Virus record (IMG/VR): IMGVR_UViG_3300046820_002141
Span: 7,446 to 71,445 of that record
Source of the DNA: a virus
Direction: 5' to 3' (one strand)
Length of the DNA stretch: 64,000 nt
Shown: positions 50,682 through 60,164 of the stretch, piece by piece
How positions within the stretch are numbered: the stretch's first letter is position 1
Layout of the letters: every line of letters starts with the position of its first letter
Notes under the pieces: generated by a model
What the model was told of the DNA's origin: nothing
Databases searched by the model: none
What the model saw: only the letters and a program-made list of their open reading frames with translations
Position numbers and translations under genes: made by a program

Positions 50682-52000
50682 ATAACATCACCCTTAGGAG
50701 TAATCTTAATTTTAGATTCGTTTACCTGAAAAACCAAATTTTTGTTTTTAGTTTTTCCTAACAATTTCGCATCAGGGTATTGAGTAATAAGTTTCTTTGA
50801 TTTCAAATACTGAGTTTCACTTTCAGAAACATATTGAACTCTCTTAACTAATTTTTTACGTTCAACTTCTTCCGAAACTACTTTTGGTTTTTTATTTTGA
50901 ACCTCTCTTTTTTCAGCCTCATCGATTTGGAAGTATTTTCTTAAAATTTTATCAATTTTAGATTCAGAAAAAATTCCCTCAATCATTTCTTCCATTTTAT
51001 ATGCGTGGTCATCCTTTATACGTCTATCTTTAATTTTTCTATGTCTTGGTTGTGATGGGTAGTCCTCATCATCCATTGATTGACCTTCTGCAAAAATATC
51101 CTCAACATCAGACATAGTCAAACCATCACCATCTTCAGAAAAGTCAAAATCTTCGGCCATCTCACCTTCAGGTGATGGAGGTGCCGGTTCTTCCGTTGGC
51201 ATCTCACTTCCCATATCTTCCATACCCATATCTTCCATACCCATATCTTCCATACCTTCTTCAGGTTCAAATTTAGACATAATTTCTTCTAAATCCTCAG
51301 GTTCTAATTGATTTAAATCAAATGCCGAAAGAACTGAATTTATAACATATTTCATATCTTTAGATGACATCGGATTTTCTTCGTCTGAAGCTAATGTACG
51401 AATTTTTTGGGCTAACTTACCTGTAAGTTTTTGAATGGTTTTAAAAGTAACCATCTCATCATCAGGAGTATCTTCCATAGGAGCCTCCATCCCCATATCA
51501 TCTGCAGGCATCGCTTCTGCATCTACAGGTGCGGGGGCATCAACAGGTGCCGGTGCTGGTTCAGGAGCGGGGGCAGGAGCGGGGGCAGGAGCGGGGGCCG
51601 CTTGCTCGTTTGTAGAAAATTTTAAGTAATATTTTTTGTCAGAATCCTCACTCTCGTTAAATAATGAAATATTTTTATCATATCCCTCAAGTAAATTTAC
51701 TTCTTTTGCAATTAAGTTTAGTCTCTTAAATGCTGCCGAATATGATGAATAATATTTCCTATTTTTCATTGGTTCCACGTAATCCAAAGATTCATTTAAA
51801 CCTTTTTTGATTACATAACCATTTTTTTCTTTAACTATTTCATAGTTATATCCATCGGCTAATGTTATTTTATATTCATTTGAAGAATCTTCATTTATTG
51901 GTTGTGGGATATGTTCTTTGTATTTGGCAATTTCCATAATACGACTAATTTTATCCATACCCTCTAATTTTTCACTACCAACTGGTTTTAACTTTCCCAT
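50678..52000 (-). CDS. acidic hypothetical protein (possible head core/internal protein)
   Basis: 440 aa; AP and EDMGM low-complexity repeats; TATTTATA upstream. Confidence 0.7.
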   Translation of the reverse strand: MGKLKPVGSEKLEGMDKISRIMEIAKYKEHIPQPINEDSSNEYKITLADGYNYEIVKEKNGYVIKKGLNESLDYVEPMKNRKYYSSYSAAFKRLNLIAKEVNLLEGYDKNISLFNESEDSDKKYYLKFSTNEQAAPAPAPAPAPAPEPAPAPVDAPAPVDAEAMPADDMGMEAPMEDTPDDEMVTFKTIQKLTGKLAQKIRTLASDEENPMSSKDMKYVINSVLSAFDLNQLEPEDLEEIMSKFEPEEGMEDMGMEDMGMEDMGSEMPTEEPAPPSPEGEMAEDFDFSEDGDGLTMSDVEDIFAEGQSMDDEDYPSQPRHRKIKDRRIKDDHAYKMEEMIEGIFSESKIDKILRKYFQIDEAEKREVQNKKPKVVSEEVERKKLVKRVQYVSESETQYLKSKKLITQYPDAKLLGKTKNKNLVFQVNESKIKITPKGDVI

Positions 52001-52062
52001 TTTTTGTTTTTTTTAAAAAATTAATTTTATATATAAATATACAGTTATTGTGAAAATTTAAA

Positions 52063-53103
52063 TTACATCTTACCTCCATACTGGTCGTAAAAAGATTTTA
52101 ATATTCCAAAATTCATGTGGGTTCCTCCTTTATTGAAGCAAACCACTTTTCCACTATATTCATTTTTATGTTCACAATACCATTCTAATCTACGTCTTGT
52201 TTGCCCATAAAATCCACTAGTTCCCCAATTTTTTGGGTCACAATATAAAATAGTATTAGCACCAAACGATACTCCTGTTTCATATGTTGATGGGTCAATT
52301 AACCCGACTAAACTTAGAGAACTATTACCTGCGTGTTCCCATGTTTCTTTACCCCCTTGTGAAAATCCAGCGATTGATGTTACCACACCACCAAATTTTT
52401 CCTTAACATAAGCTCTTACATTACCCAAACTATTCATATGATGGGTGATTACTATGATAATATTATTAGCATATGGTGTCATTACATTGACGTATTTTTT
52501 AATCGCATCAGGTCTTGCACTATTTTTTGAATACCCTGAGGTATGTGACCCACCAAATAAAACATGTACTCTGTTTCCTGTATAACCTTGTGGTTTTATG
52601 ATTGCATATTCTTTATCTGAAGTAAAACTAAATTCATTATTTGATTTTTGTGGTTTTGATTCTTTTGGTTTCGATTCTTTTGGTTTTGATTCTTTTGATT
52701 TTGATGACATTTTATTTCTTAAAACGTCAGATATTTTTGTAAGAGTTAGTTCACCGGCAATTCCGTCATCTTCCAAATCATTTTTAGACTGAAACGATGT
52801 CAATGCCCTTTCAGTCTCTCCACCAAATTTACCATCAGAACCATAATTAGGAAGTTCGTACCCAAGCATAATTAAAGCTTTTTGTAATGTTTCTGAATCT
52901 TTATCATACATGTTATTTTTTTTCAAAACTTTACCTTTAGACAATATGTTGTCAATCTCATCGGCAATTTTAATTTTTTCATCTATTCTACCTAATTTTA
53001 ATATAGAATCACCAAATGATGGTTGGTAATTTTTTTGTTCGGAGATAACTCGTTTTACTATTCTCTCCAAATCTAATTCTGTCAATTTAATAATTTTTTT
53101 CAT
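52063..53103 (-). CDS. peptidoglycan-binding domain plus alpha/beta-hydrolase-like protein
   Basis: LQKALIMLGY...DGKFGGETERAL..FQ...DGIAG (PG_binding_1); GFSQGG nucleophile elbow. Confidence 0.75.
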   Translation of the reverse strand: MKKIIKLTELDLERIVKRVISEQKNYQPSFGDSILKLGRIDEKIKIADEIDNILSKGKVLKKNNMYDKDSETLQKALIMLGYELPNYGSDGKFGGETERALTSFQSKNDLEDDGIAGELTLTKISDVLRNKMSSKSKESKPKESKPKESKPQKSNNEFSFTSDKEYAIIKPQGYTGNRVHVLFGGSHTSGYSKNSARPDAIKKYVNVMTPYANNIIIVITHHMNSLGNVRAYVKEKFGGVVTSIAGFSQGGKETWEHAGNSSLSLVGLIDPSTYETGVSFGANTILYCDPKNWGTSGFYGQTRRRLEWYCEHKNEYSGKVVCFNKGGTHMNFGILKSFYDQYGGKM

Positions 53104-53833
53104 ATTCTTTCAATGATAACATTTTATCAACATGATTGGATTCGAAATCATATAGTTTTTCAATATAACCGTTTCTTCTTAGTACCTTGAATACTAAATT
53201 TTCATCCGAATATTCACCATCTTTTTCCAAACCGCAAGTACGGTATTTTTTAAGTTTATCTTTGTACTTTTTGAGTAATTTTTTTGCGTTCTCAATCGGT
53301 TCGTCAGATGCATTTTCAATTACACTATCAATAATATCCATCCATTGTTGTGATTTAACTTTAATAAGTTCTTTATCAACTTTAACGGATTCTTTTTTAG
53401 GTTCGTTACTCCATTCATCAAATAATACGGAATAAACACCACTACTAAAATGGATTTCAGTTTCATTTTGGACATATAATTCAACATCATAACCAAAAAT
53501 CTTTATATTGTGTTTTTCATTATATAAAGTTTTTTTCAGTTTGAACAATTCTTCATATAGTGGTAATTGTTCTTTAGAAAATTGAGAAAAATTTGCAACT
53601 ACGTGTAAATCTATGTCTGAAAATTTAGACCAGTTGTAGTTGGCTAATGAGCCGGTCATTATCACATCTGTAACAATGACATCTACCCCCAAAAATTCCA
53701 TGAAATTATTGGTTATCTCCAACAACCTTTCACGGACTTTTGGATTCATTTTTTGACCATCTTTGGACCAAATTTTTGGATTCAGTTCATCTTGTAAATG
53801 GAAACTTGAAAGAATATCTTTTAAACTACTCAT
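53087..53833 (-). CDS. nucleotidyltransferase (pol-beta superfamily)
   Basis: TGSLANY...SDIDLH and DVELY catalytic signature. Confidence 0.8.
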   Translation of the reverse strand: MSSLKDILSSFHLQDELNPKIWSKDGQKMNPKVRERLLEITNNFMEFLGVDVIVTDVIMTGSLANYNWSKFSDIDLHVVANFSQFSKEQLPLYEELFKLKKTLYNEKHNIKIFGYDVELYVQNETEIHFSSGVYSVLFDEWSNEPKKESVKVDKELIKVKSQQWMDIIDSVIENASDEPIENAKKLLKKYKDKLKKYRTCGLEKDGEYSDENLVFKVLRRNGYIEKLYDFESNHVDKMLSLKEYEKNY

Positions 53834-53863
53834 CAGAAATAAATATTTGAGTAGTCTTAATTG

Positions 53864-54106
53864 TTAAATTTTTCTATATTTATATGTTTTAGAAATTTTT
53901 GAATTAAAGAATTTTCCTTGGGATTCCGAAAGTCTAAATTGGGTATAAACTTGATGGGGGACCTCAATGTATTCATATTTAGCCCCGCTATTAAATTCAA
54001 CCAACATTTTTTTGGTTTCAGTATCATATTCAGTTTTTTTAAGATTACTTGACTGAATTTCATTAATAATTTTTGTTCCGATAATTTCTTCTTTGATTAT
54101 TCCCAT
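53864..54106 (-). CDS. KTSC domain protein
   Basis: SSNL...YD....L.VEF.SG..Y.Y..VP..VY..F..SES.GKFFN. Confidence 0.9.
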   Translation of the reverse strand: MGIIKEEIIGTKIINEIQSSNLKKTEYDTETKKMLVEFNSGAKYEYIEVPHQVYTQFRLSESQGKFFNSKISKTYKYRKI

Positions 54107-54153
54107 AACTTTTTTTTTAAAAAATAATTGTTATTATTAAAAAAAAAATAGTT

Positions 54154-56199
54154 ATGACCGAACCAATGGATAATGACGGAAAGAGCAAAAGCAAATCAAA
54201 AGGAGATTCGTCAACTCCAGTCCTTGATAATTTCAGTAGAGATTTGATAAAACTAGCCGAGGAAGGTAAACTAGACCCTGTTATTGGTAGAGAAAGAGAG
54301 ATAACAAGAATCGCTCAGATTTTAGCAAGGAGAAAAAAGAATAATCCAATCATCATTGGTGAACCAGGTTGTGGTAAAACCGCCATTGTTGAGGGGCTAG
54401 CCATTAAAATTTTCAATGGTGATTGTCCAAGAAATCTTATGGACAAAAGAATTGTATCTTTAGATATGACATCGATTGTTGCAGGAACTAAGTATCGCGG
54501 TCAGTTTGAAGAAAGAATGAAGGTTATCATCGAAGAACTACAATCTTCACCAAATATCATCGTATTCATTGATGAAATTCATACTATAGTTGGAGCAGGA
54601 AATTCATCTGGTTCATTAGACGCTTCCAACATATTCAAACCAGCACTTGCCCGTGGGGAAATTCAATGCGTCGGAGCTACAACGTTGGATGAATATAGAA
54701 AGAATTTTGAGAAAGATGGGGCATTAGAAAGGAGATTCCAAAAAGTTATTGTTGATTCCGCAACAAAACACGAAACATTTCTTATTTTAAAAAATATTAA
54801 GGATAAGTATGAAAATTATCACAAAGTTAAATATTCTGACGAAATTTTAACCCTATGCGTTGATTTGGCCGAGCGATATATTACAGATAGAGAATTCCCT
54901 GATAAGGCTTTCGATATTATCGACGAAGTTGGGGCCAGAAGTCAAGTTGAGATTAAAGTACCTGAAGTAATTGACCAACTAAAACAACAAGCAGCCGAAA
55001 TAAAACAACAAAAAATAGAAGTTGTTAAGAAACAAAACTATGAAGAAGCCGCAAACCTTAGGGATAAGGAAAAGAAAATTTTGGGTAAACTTGAGGATGA
55101 GAAAAAGAAATTTGATGAGGATTTGATATTACAAAAAAAGGAAATAACCACTGATTTAGTTTATGAAACGGTATCAAATATGACCAAAATACCTATCTCT
55201 AAATTAAATTCAGATGAAACCAAAAAATTGGCATCATTAGAGGAGGAACTTTCAGGAAAGGTTATTGGTCAGGATTCCGCAGTATCTAAAATCGCCAAAT
55301 CAATTAGAAGAAATAGATTAGGTATTAAGGACCCAAACAAACCAATTGGTTCATTTATATTCTTAGGTTCCACAGGTATTGGAAAAACATTGTTAGCAAA
55401 AGAACTTGCAAAACAAATATTTGGAAGTGAGGATAATCTAATTAGAATTGATATGTCAGAATTTCAAGAAAAACATACAATATCTCGTTTGATTGGTGCT
55501 CCTCCCGGTTATGTTGGATATGATGAAGGAGGACAGTTGACAGAACAAGTTAAAAATAAACCATATTCGGTTATTTTATTTGATGAAATTGAAAAGGCCA
55601 ATAAGGATATTTTCTCAACTCTACTTCAGGTGTTGGATGATGGTCACGTAACCGATGGATTGGGAAGAAAAATCAACTTTAAAAATTGTGTCATTATTAT
55701 GACCTCTAATATTGGGGCCAAAAAATTACAAGAATTCGGCGCCGGAATTGGATTTAAAAGTGTTAACTCTTATATTGAGGAGGAATATAAAAGAGATGTT
55801 CTTAAAAAAGAACTTCAAAAGTTTTTTGCTCCTGAATTTTTAAATCGTATTGATGAGGTTATTGTATTTAACAATTTGAAAAAAGAAGACATACAACAAA
55901 TTGTTAAACTTGAACTTGATAAACTTTGTAAGCGTTTAGTAAATTTAAAATACAATATTTCTTACGAAGAGAATGTTGTTGAACTAATATCAGAGGTTGG
56001 TTTTGACGAGCAGTTCGGTGCCAGACCTCTTAAGAGAGCCATTCAAGATAAAATTGAAGACTATATTTCTGAAGAAGTTCTAAAGGGTAATATCATCGAA
56101 AATGGAGAATATCGACTATCCGTAGACAATAAAGAAATAAAGATTATTGAAAATAAACCTATTACGGTTAAAAAACCAAGAAAGAAAAAAGGGGAATAA
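54154..56199 (+). CDS. clpC: ClpC/ClpB-family AAA+ ATPase lacking the N-domain
   Basis: GEPGCGKT and GSTGIGKT Walker A motifs, KYRGQFEER, PPGYVGY; UVR-like middle; GIGF ClpP-docking loop. Confidence 0.9.
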   Translation: MTEPMDNDGKSKSKSKGDSSTPVLDNFSRDLIKLAEEGKLDPVIGREREITRIAQILARRKKNNPIIIGEPGCGKTAIVEGLAIKIFNGDCPRNLMDKRIVSLDMTSIVAGTKYRGQFEERMKVIIEELQSSPNIIVFIDEIHTIVGAGNSSGSLDASNIFKPALARGEIQCVGATTLDEYRKNFEKDGALERRFQKVIVDSATKHETFLILKNIKDKYENYHKVKYSDEILTLCVDLAERYITDREFPDKAFDIIDEVGARSQVEIKVPEVIDQLKQQAAEIKQQKIEVVKKQNYEEAANLRDKEKKILGKLEDEKKKFDEDLILQKKEITTDLVYETVSNMTKIPISKLNSDETKKLASLEEELSGKVIGQDSAVSKIAKSIRRNRLGIKDPNKPIGSFIFLGSTGIGKTLLAKELAKQIFGSEDNLIRIDMSEFQEKHTISRLIGAPPGYVGYDEGGQLTEQVKNKPYSVILFDEIEKANKDIFSTLLQVLDDGHVTDGLGRKINFKNCVIIMTSNIGAKKLQEFGAGIGFKSVNSYIEEEYKRDVLKKELQKFFAPEFLNRIDEVIVFNNLKKEDIQQIVKLELDKLCKRLVNLKYNISYEENVVELISEVGFDEQFGARPLKRAIQDKIEDYISEEVLKGNIIENGEYRLSVDNKEIKIIENKPITVKKPRKKKGE

Positions 56200-56211
56200 A
56201 TCCCCTTTTTT
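56185..56211. terminator. bidirectional intrinsic terminator
   Basis: aaaaaagggga-ataaa-tcccctttttt between convergent genes. Confidence 0.8.
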
Positions 56212-56588
56212 TATGCTAATTTTTGTGTTGATAACTGCTCAATTTTATTAATTAAAGTTGAATACGATTTAAAGTGGTCCATAGCGGCGTCGATAGTATT
56301 AAGTAAATTACTTTTTTTATCCGTTGGCATTTTAGATGTATCCACTTTAGTCCTGAGTTGATATAAATCACCCATGACTCTAACATTAGGTTCATCTAAT
56401 TTTTTTAATTTACGAGTAATACCTCTTAAAGAACTTAAATATTTAAAATAGTCATAACCTTCTCCTCTCCAAAAACCCTTCAAACCTTGGTATATATCAC
56501 CTAAACCTTCTTGGGTTTCTTGTTCCTCAATTACTTTTTGTACTATTTTTTCTAAATCGGATTCTGACAATCTTATAACTTTTCCCAT
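56211..56588 (-). CDS. hypothetical protein with N-terminal LSESDL motif
   Basis: MGKVIRLSESDLEKIVQKVIEEQ. Confidence 0.75.
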   Translation of the reverse strand: MGKVIRLSESDLEKIVQKVIEEQETQEGLGDIYQGLKGFWRGEGYDYFKYLSSLRGITRKLKKLDEPNVRVMGDLYQLRTKVDTSKMPTDKKSNLLNTIDAAMDHFKSYSTLINKIEQLSTQKLA

Positions 56589-56611
56589 GATATTTTTTTT
56601 TTATAAATATC

Positions 56612-57439
56612 TTAGAAAAGTAAAAACTGAGAATCCTTACGAGGGGTCAAATAATATTTTTTATTACCTAACGATTCAATCATTTTTTTACCCGTGTCGA
56701 CACCATTGAAAGTATCCTCAATTACAACATATTCTTCTTCAGTGTGATAATTGTAATATCCAATTGAAATGTTTATACAAGAGAAATCAAACTTATTCTT
56801 TAGTGCGTAAACGTCGGTATAGGGGTGAGAACCATATTTTTGTTTACCTTTAAACGACTCACTCAAAATATTATCACATTTTTTGAAAAACTCGTCAGAC
56901 TTTTCAAATAATTTAACACCCATACAAAACTCAGTTACCATCCAATTAAATGGTGCGTCGAACTGAATCGCATATCCAACATCAGAAAAGAAATTAGGGT
57001 CAGCCTTTCTTGAACCATGGCATCCTGTTTCTTCTGAAACAAAAAATACGGCCTTTAAATGGTCAAGTTCTTTTAATAATTCCAAACAAGCAAAAACACC
57101 ACATTTGTTATCACCACCAATGCCGGTTGGTCTACCAAAATCGTTATAAGCTTTCAGGGATGGTTTTATTTCACCTTGATAGTTTTCAAGTTCTTCTTCT
57201 CTAATGTTAATAACATCGATATCATGTACGGTATCGGTGTGAGCAACCACACAAGGGTAATAAAAATTATCATTAGTTGGTTCACCCTTTGTTGCATAAA
57301 CATTCCAATGTTCATCAACCGAATATTCAATATTATTTTTTGTAAGCCAATCAATCAAAAACTCAATCATCAAATCTTCTTGATAAGTTTTTGTTGGTAC
57401 CGACAAAACTGATTTAAGTAAATTTAGGTCTCTTTGCAT
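56612..57439 (-). CDS. M20/M28/M42-type zinc peptidase
   Basis: AHTDTV, GGDNKCG, EETG, QFD and YHT metal ligands. Confidence 0.85.
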   Translation of the reverse strand: MQRDLNLLKSVLSVPTKTYQEDLMIEFLIDWLTKNNIEYSVDEHWNVYATKGEPTNDNFYYPCVVAHTDTVHDIDVINIREEELENYQGEIKPSLKAYNDFGRPTGIGGDNKCGVFACLELLKELDHLKAVFFVSEETGCHGSRKADPNFFSDVGYAIQFDAPFNWMVTEFCMGVKLFEKSDEFFKKCDNILSESFKGKQKYGSHPYTDVYALKNKFDFSCINISIGYYNYHTEEEYVVIEDTFNGVDTGKKMIESLGNKKYYLTPRKDSQFLLF

Positions 57440-57444
57440 ATTGA

Positions 57445-57452
57445 CAAAGATA
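57445..57452 (-). promoter_or_regulatory. Bacteroidota -7 promoter element
   Basis: TATCTTTG ending 5 nt before the ATG. Confidence 0.5.
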
Positions 57453-57481
57453 GGTCAAGTTTGTGAATAAATAAAATTTAT

Positions 57482-58546
57482 TTAAAATAATTCAGGATGG
57501 TATAAAAAATTATAAAAATCATCAACCTCTACGTACATTTTTTCAACACCGTAGTAATTGTTTTTGTCAGGTTTATGTAAGATTTTAATTTTTCCATCTT
57601 CAAACCCTTCAATTCTGAATATTTTATTTTCGTTTTTCTTTCCGAAAGTTTTTTGTACTGGAAAATTATACCATTGACCGGCTCCGTAGTTAAGTTTGTC
57701 CAATAACTTGTAAAATTTTTGCATTTTTTCAAGTTCTTCAGGGTCTGTATTCTCAACTAACCTATCATGTAACCTATCCAAAATTCTGTTAACCTCTCTA
57801 TTAAACCCAGCATCATTCCAATTTTCATTGTCCCAATACGCATGATAATCCTCATATAAATCTTCGTCAAACTCTAAATTATTTTGTTCAACGAAATTTT
57901 TAAACATATCTATCAAACTTGCATCGTGAGGAGTTTTTGTTTTGTCCCAAAAATAAATTAAACTACTAACAGTTGTAAGGTATACTTCTTTACACTCTTT
58001 TTCAATAATTCCAAAATTATCAAATTTACCACATAATTTTTTATTAACATATTCTAAACAACCCGCCTTTAACGTTTCGTCATAATAGTCAGCATAATAA
58101 GCACCAATTTCACTAGCCTCATTACTAAAATTCTGATAGAAAAATTCACCAACATCTTCATTATTACCAATTTCAAAATAAGCAAGTGGAGGATTAACCA
58201 ATTTTAAAATTTTTCTAAATAAAGTTAAATTTTCTTCATTAAAATAATGAAGTGGATAGCCACCTCTCATCTCATCATCACCCCAATACGTATCAACAAA
58301 TAAGTTACCTGAATATCTACTTTCACAAGCAGCAATTACCGAAGCATTGTTATTATATTCGTTTTCGTCATCTACGAATATATTCATATATTCTTCCTCA
58401 GTGAATCTTAATTCAACTAAAGACTTACCTCTATTTTTTTCATTTACTCTTATAACCTTTATAATTCTATCATCGTCCGCCTCACGAACAAAGAATGGTC
58501 CAAGATTAGAATCACTAAATTGTATAAGAGCCTGATATAATTCCAT
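57482..58546 (-). CDS. hypothetical protein
   Basis: ~354-aa acidic ORF preceded by TATTTATA. Confidence 0.75.
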   Translation of the reverse strand: MELYQALIQFSDSNLGPFFVREADDDRIIKVIRVNEKNRGKSLVELRFTEEEYMNIFVDDENEYNNNASVIAACESRYSGNLFVDTYWGDDEMRGGYPLHYFNEENLTLFRKILKLVNPPLAYFEIGNNEDVGEFFYQNFSNEASEIGAYYADYYDETLKAGCLEYVNKKLCGKFDNFGIIEKECKEVYLTTVSSLIYFWDKTKTPHDASLIDMFKNFVEQNNLEFDEDLYEDYHAYWDNENWNDAGFNREVNRILDRLHDRLVENTDPEELEKMQKFYKLLDKLNYGAGQWYNFPVQKTFGKKNENKIFRIEGFEDGKIKILHKPDKNNYYGVEKMYVEVDDFYNFLYHPELF

Positions 58547-58567
58547 CAAAAACTTTTTTTATAAATA

Positions 58568-58599
58568 CTTGGAAAACGAAATAGTTATCTATATCTTTG
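58568..58599 (+). promoter_or_regulatory. Bacteroidota-type promoter of tmRNA
   Basis: CTTG-N20-TATCTTTG, followed by boxA-like GTTATTTGAAA. Confidence 0.7.
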
Positions 58600-58619
58600 T
58601 ATCACGTTATTTGAAATAT

Positions 58620-58996
58620 GGGGGTAACTTGGAATTGACTAGCATAGTTAATTATTCGGAGCATGTCGAGGCTGAACTAACCTTGTAAAACTGGTTCACA
58701 TGATAAACGACAACGTTATCAACAAACTCTCTGCAGTTGGTCTTATCCGTACTGAAGAGAATATTTCAGTAGCCTAGTCTAGGATTAGCCTACAAAACGG
58801 GTCGGCAGACACACAACCTTGGAACAGAAGTCGTAGTTGCGGTGTGGTTTCTACCCTAAAAGAAACACAACTCGTTTGTGGTTTTAAGAGCTCAAAAACC
58901 AATATTTCGGAACATTGAGAATCGATGTTGACCTAAACATGTAGGGCTTAGTAGTTAAGATGAGTAGGAAGGGGTTCGACTCCCCATACCTCCACC
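58620..58996 (+). ncRNA. ssrA: tmRNA
   Basis: 5' GGGGGTA pairs with 3' TACCTCC-A (G3:U70), GGAATTGAC D-loop region, GGGG-TTCGACT-CCCC T-arm, internal tag ORF 58709-58777. Confidence 0.92.
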
Positions 58997-59002
58997 GTAA
59001 AC

Positions 59003-59034
59003 AAAAAACCCCTCTTCGGAGGGGTTTTCTTTTT
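59003..59034. terminator. bidirectional intrinsic terminator
   Basis: aaaacccctc-ttcg-gaggggtttt. Confidence 0.85.
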
Positions 59035-60053
59035 TAATAAAAATAGTTTGTCCAAACTCTTTCAGATTTAAAAGAATAATACCAAAGGCTTAATTTGTTT
59101 AAGAAATTAAGTTTGAATCTTGATGCTAATATCGCTCTTCTCATTTTTGAAACTATACTTGCAACTTTTGACGGATTAGCAAAATAGATTGGGTTAACCC
59201 ATTCCACTTCTTCTGATGTAACAACAGGGATGTTATTATTAACAAAGTCCGCCGATACAATATTAAAAGTCTCACTAAAAGACACTTGAAGTCCGATATC
59301 CATACTCTGTACCAAATCAATAAAGTCATCGTGAGATAACCACCCGTGCTCAACAAGTTCGTGTTTAGGATTGTTTTTGAATAACTCACGTAAATTCTTT
59401 AATACAGGTTCACCTCTACCTTCAATTCTTTGGGTATTGATATGGAACTTTAATTTTTTACCGTATGTGTCGGCGTAATCAATAGCTGCAACCGCTTGAA
59501 TTAACTGATTTTTTAGTGGTCTAACCGCCCCAAAACAACCAACATTGATTACTTTTCTAGTGTCAGGTTTTGGTTTGTTTCTGTTAAAAAACCCAACAGG
59601 GTAATAGTTTGGTAAATAAACAAATTGTTTATTTGTTAATAACTCAAAGTTAAAATTAGTTTCCCAGTCATTTGCAGATATCTTAACATTATCATATTTC
59701 AAATATTCATAAATCCACTCAATGGCAATTCCTTCATTTGCCAAAAATGAAATATCACTATGTAGTCTAATAATCCACTGTACTTTTGGGTGTAACTTTG
59801 TTAGTACTTCGAACTTCTGAGGTACAACCCATAGAGCCTCAATAATGACGTGGGTCGGTTTAAACTTGGTTACCTCTCTGTCTATACAATTATTGTCAGT
59901 TACCTCAACTAAGTGAGATTCAATCCCGTTTTTGTTCAACATATCCGAAACAAAACGAGCTGAATTAAGCAAACCTGACGATACTGAGGCGTATCCTGTA
60001 TGAGATGTTTGTCTTTTTTTGAGGATAAAGAGAACCTTTTTTTCCTTTTTCAT
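59034..60053 (-). CDS. GT-B fold glycosyltransferase
   Basis: GCFGAVRPLKNQ, MDIGLQVSFSETFNIVSAD; start 60053 or 60074. Confidence 0.75.
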   Translation of the reverse strand: MKKEKKVLFILKKRQTSHTGYASVSSGLLNSARFVSDMLNKNGIESHLVEVTDNNCIDREVTKFKPTHVIIEALWVVPQKFEVLTKLHPKVQWIIRLHSDISFLANEGIAIEWIYEYLKYDNVKISANDWETNFNFELLTNKQFVYLPNYYPVGFFNRNKPKPDTRKVINVGCFGAVRPLKNQLIQAVAAIDYADTYGKKLKFHINTQRIEGRGEPVLKNLRELFKNNPKHELVEHGWLSHDDFIDLVQSMDIGLQVSFSETFNIVSADFVNNNIPVVTSEEVEWVNPIYFANPSKVASIVSKMRRAILASRFKLNFLNKLSLWYYSFKSERVWTNYFY

Positions 60054-60164
60054 AAGTGAGTGGGTTATACTCATAAATAACTTAGAAACTCGGAATATTA
60101 ATTATTTTTTTGTAAATTTTTGAGTAAATTATATTATATGAGTATAAAATGTCAAACTAATGAA

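Noticed and set aside
58700-58777. In-frame ATG before the tmRNA tag suggesting an independent peptide gene
   Set aside because: It lies inside the tmRNA, directly at the resume context; most simply coincidental
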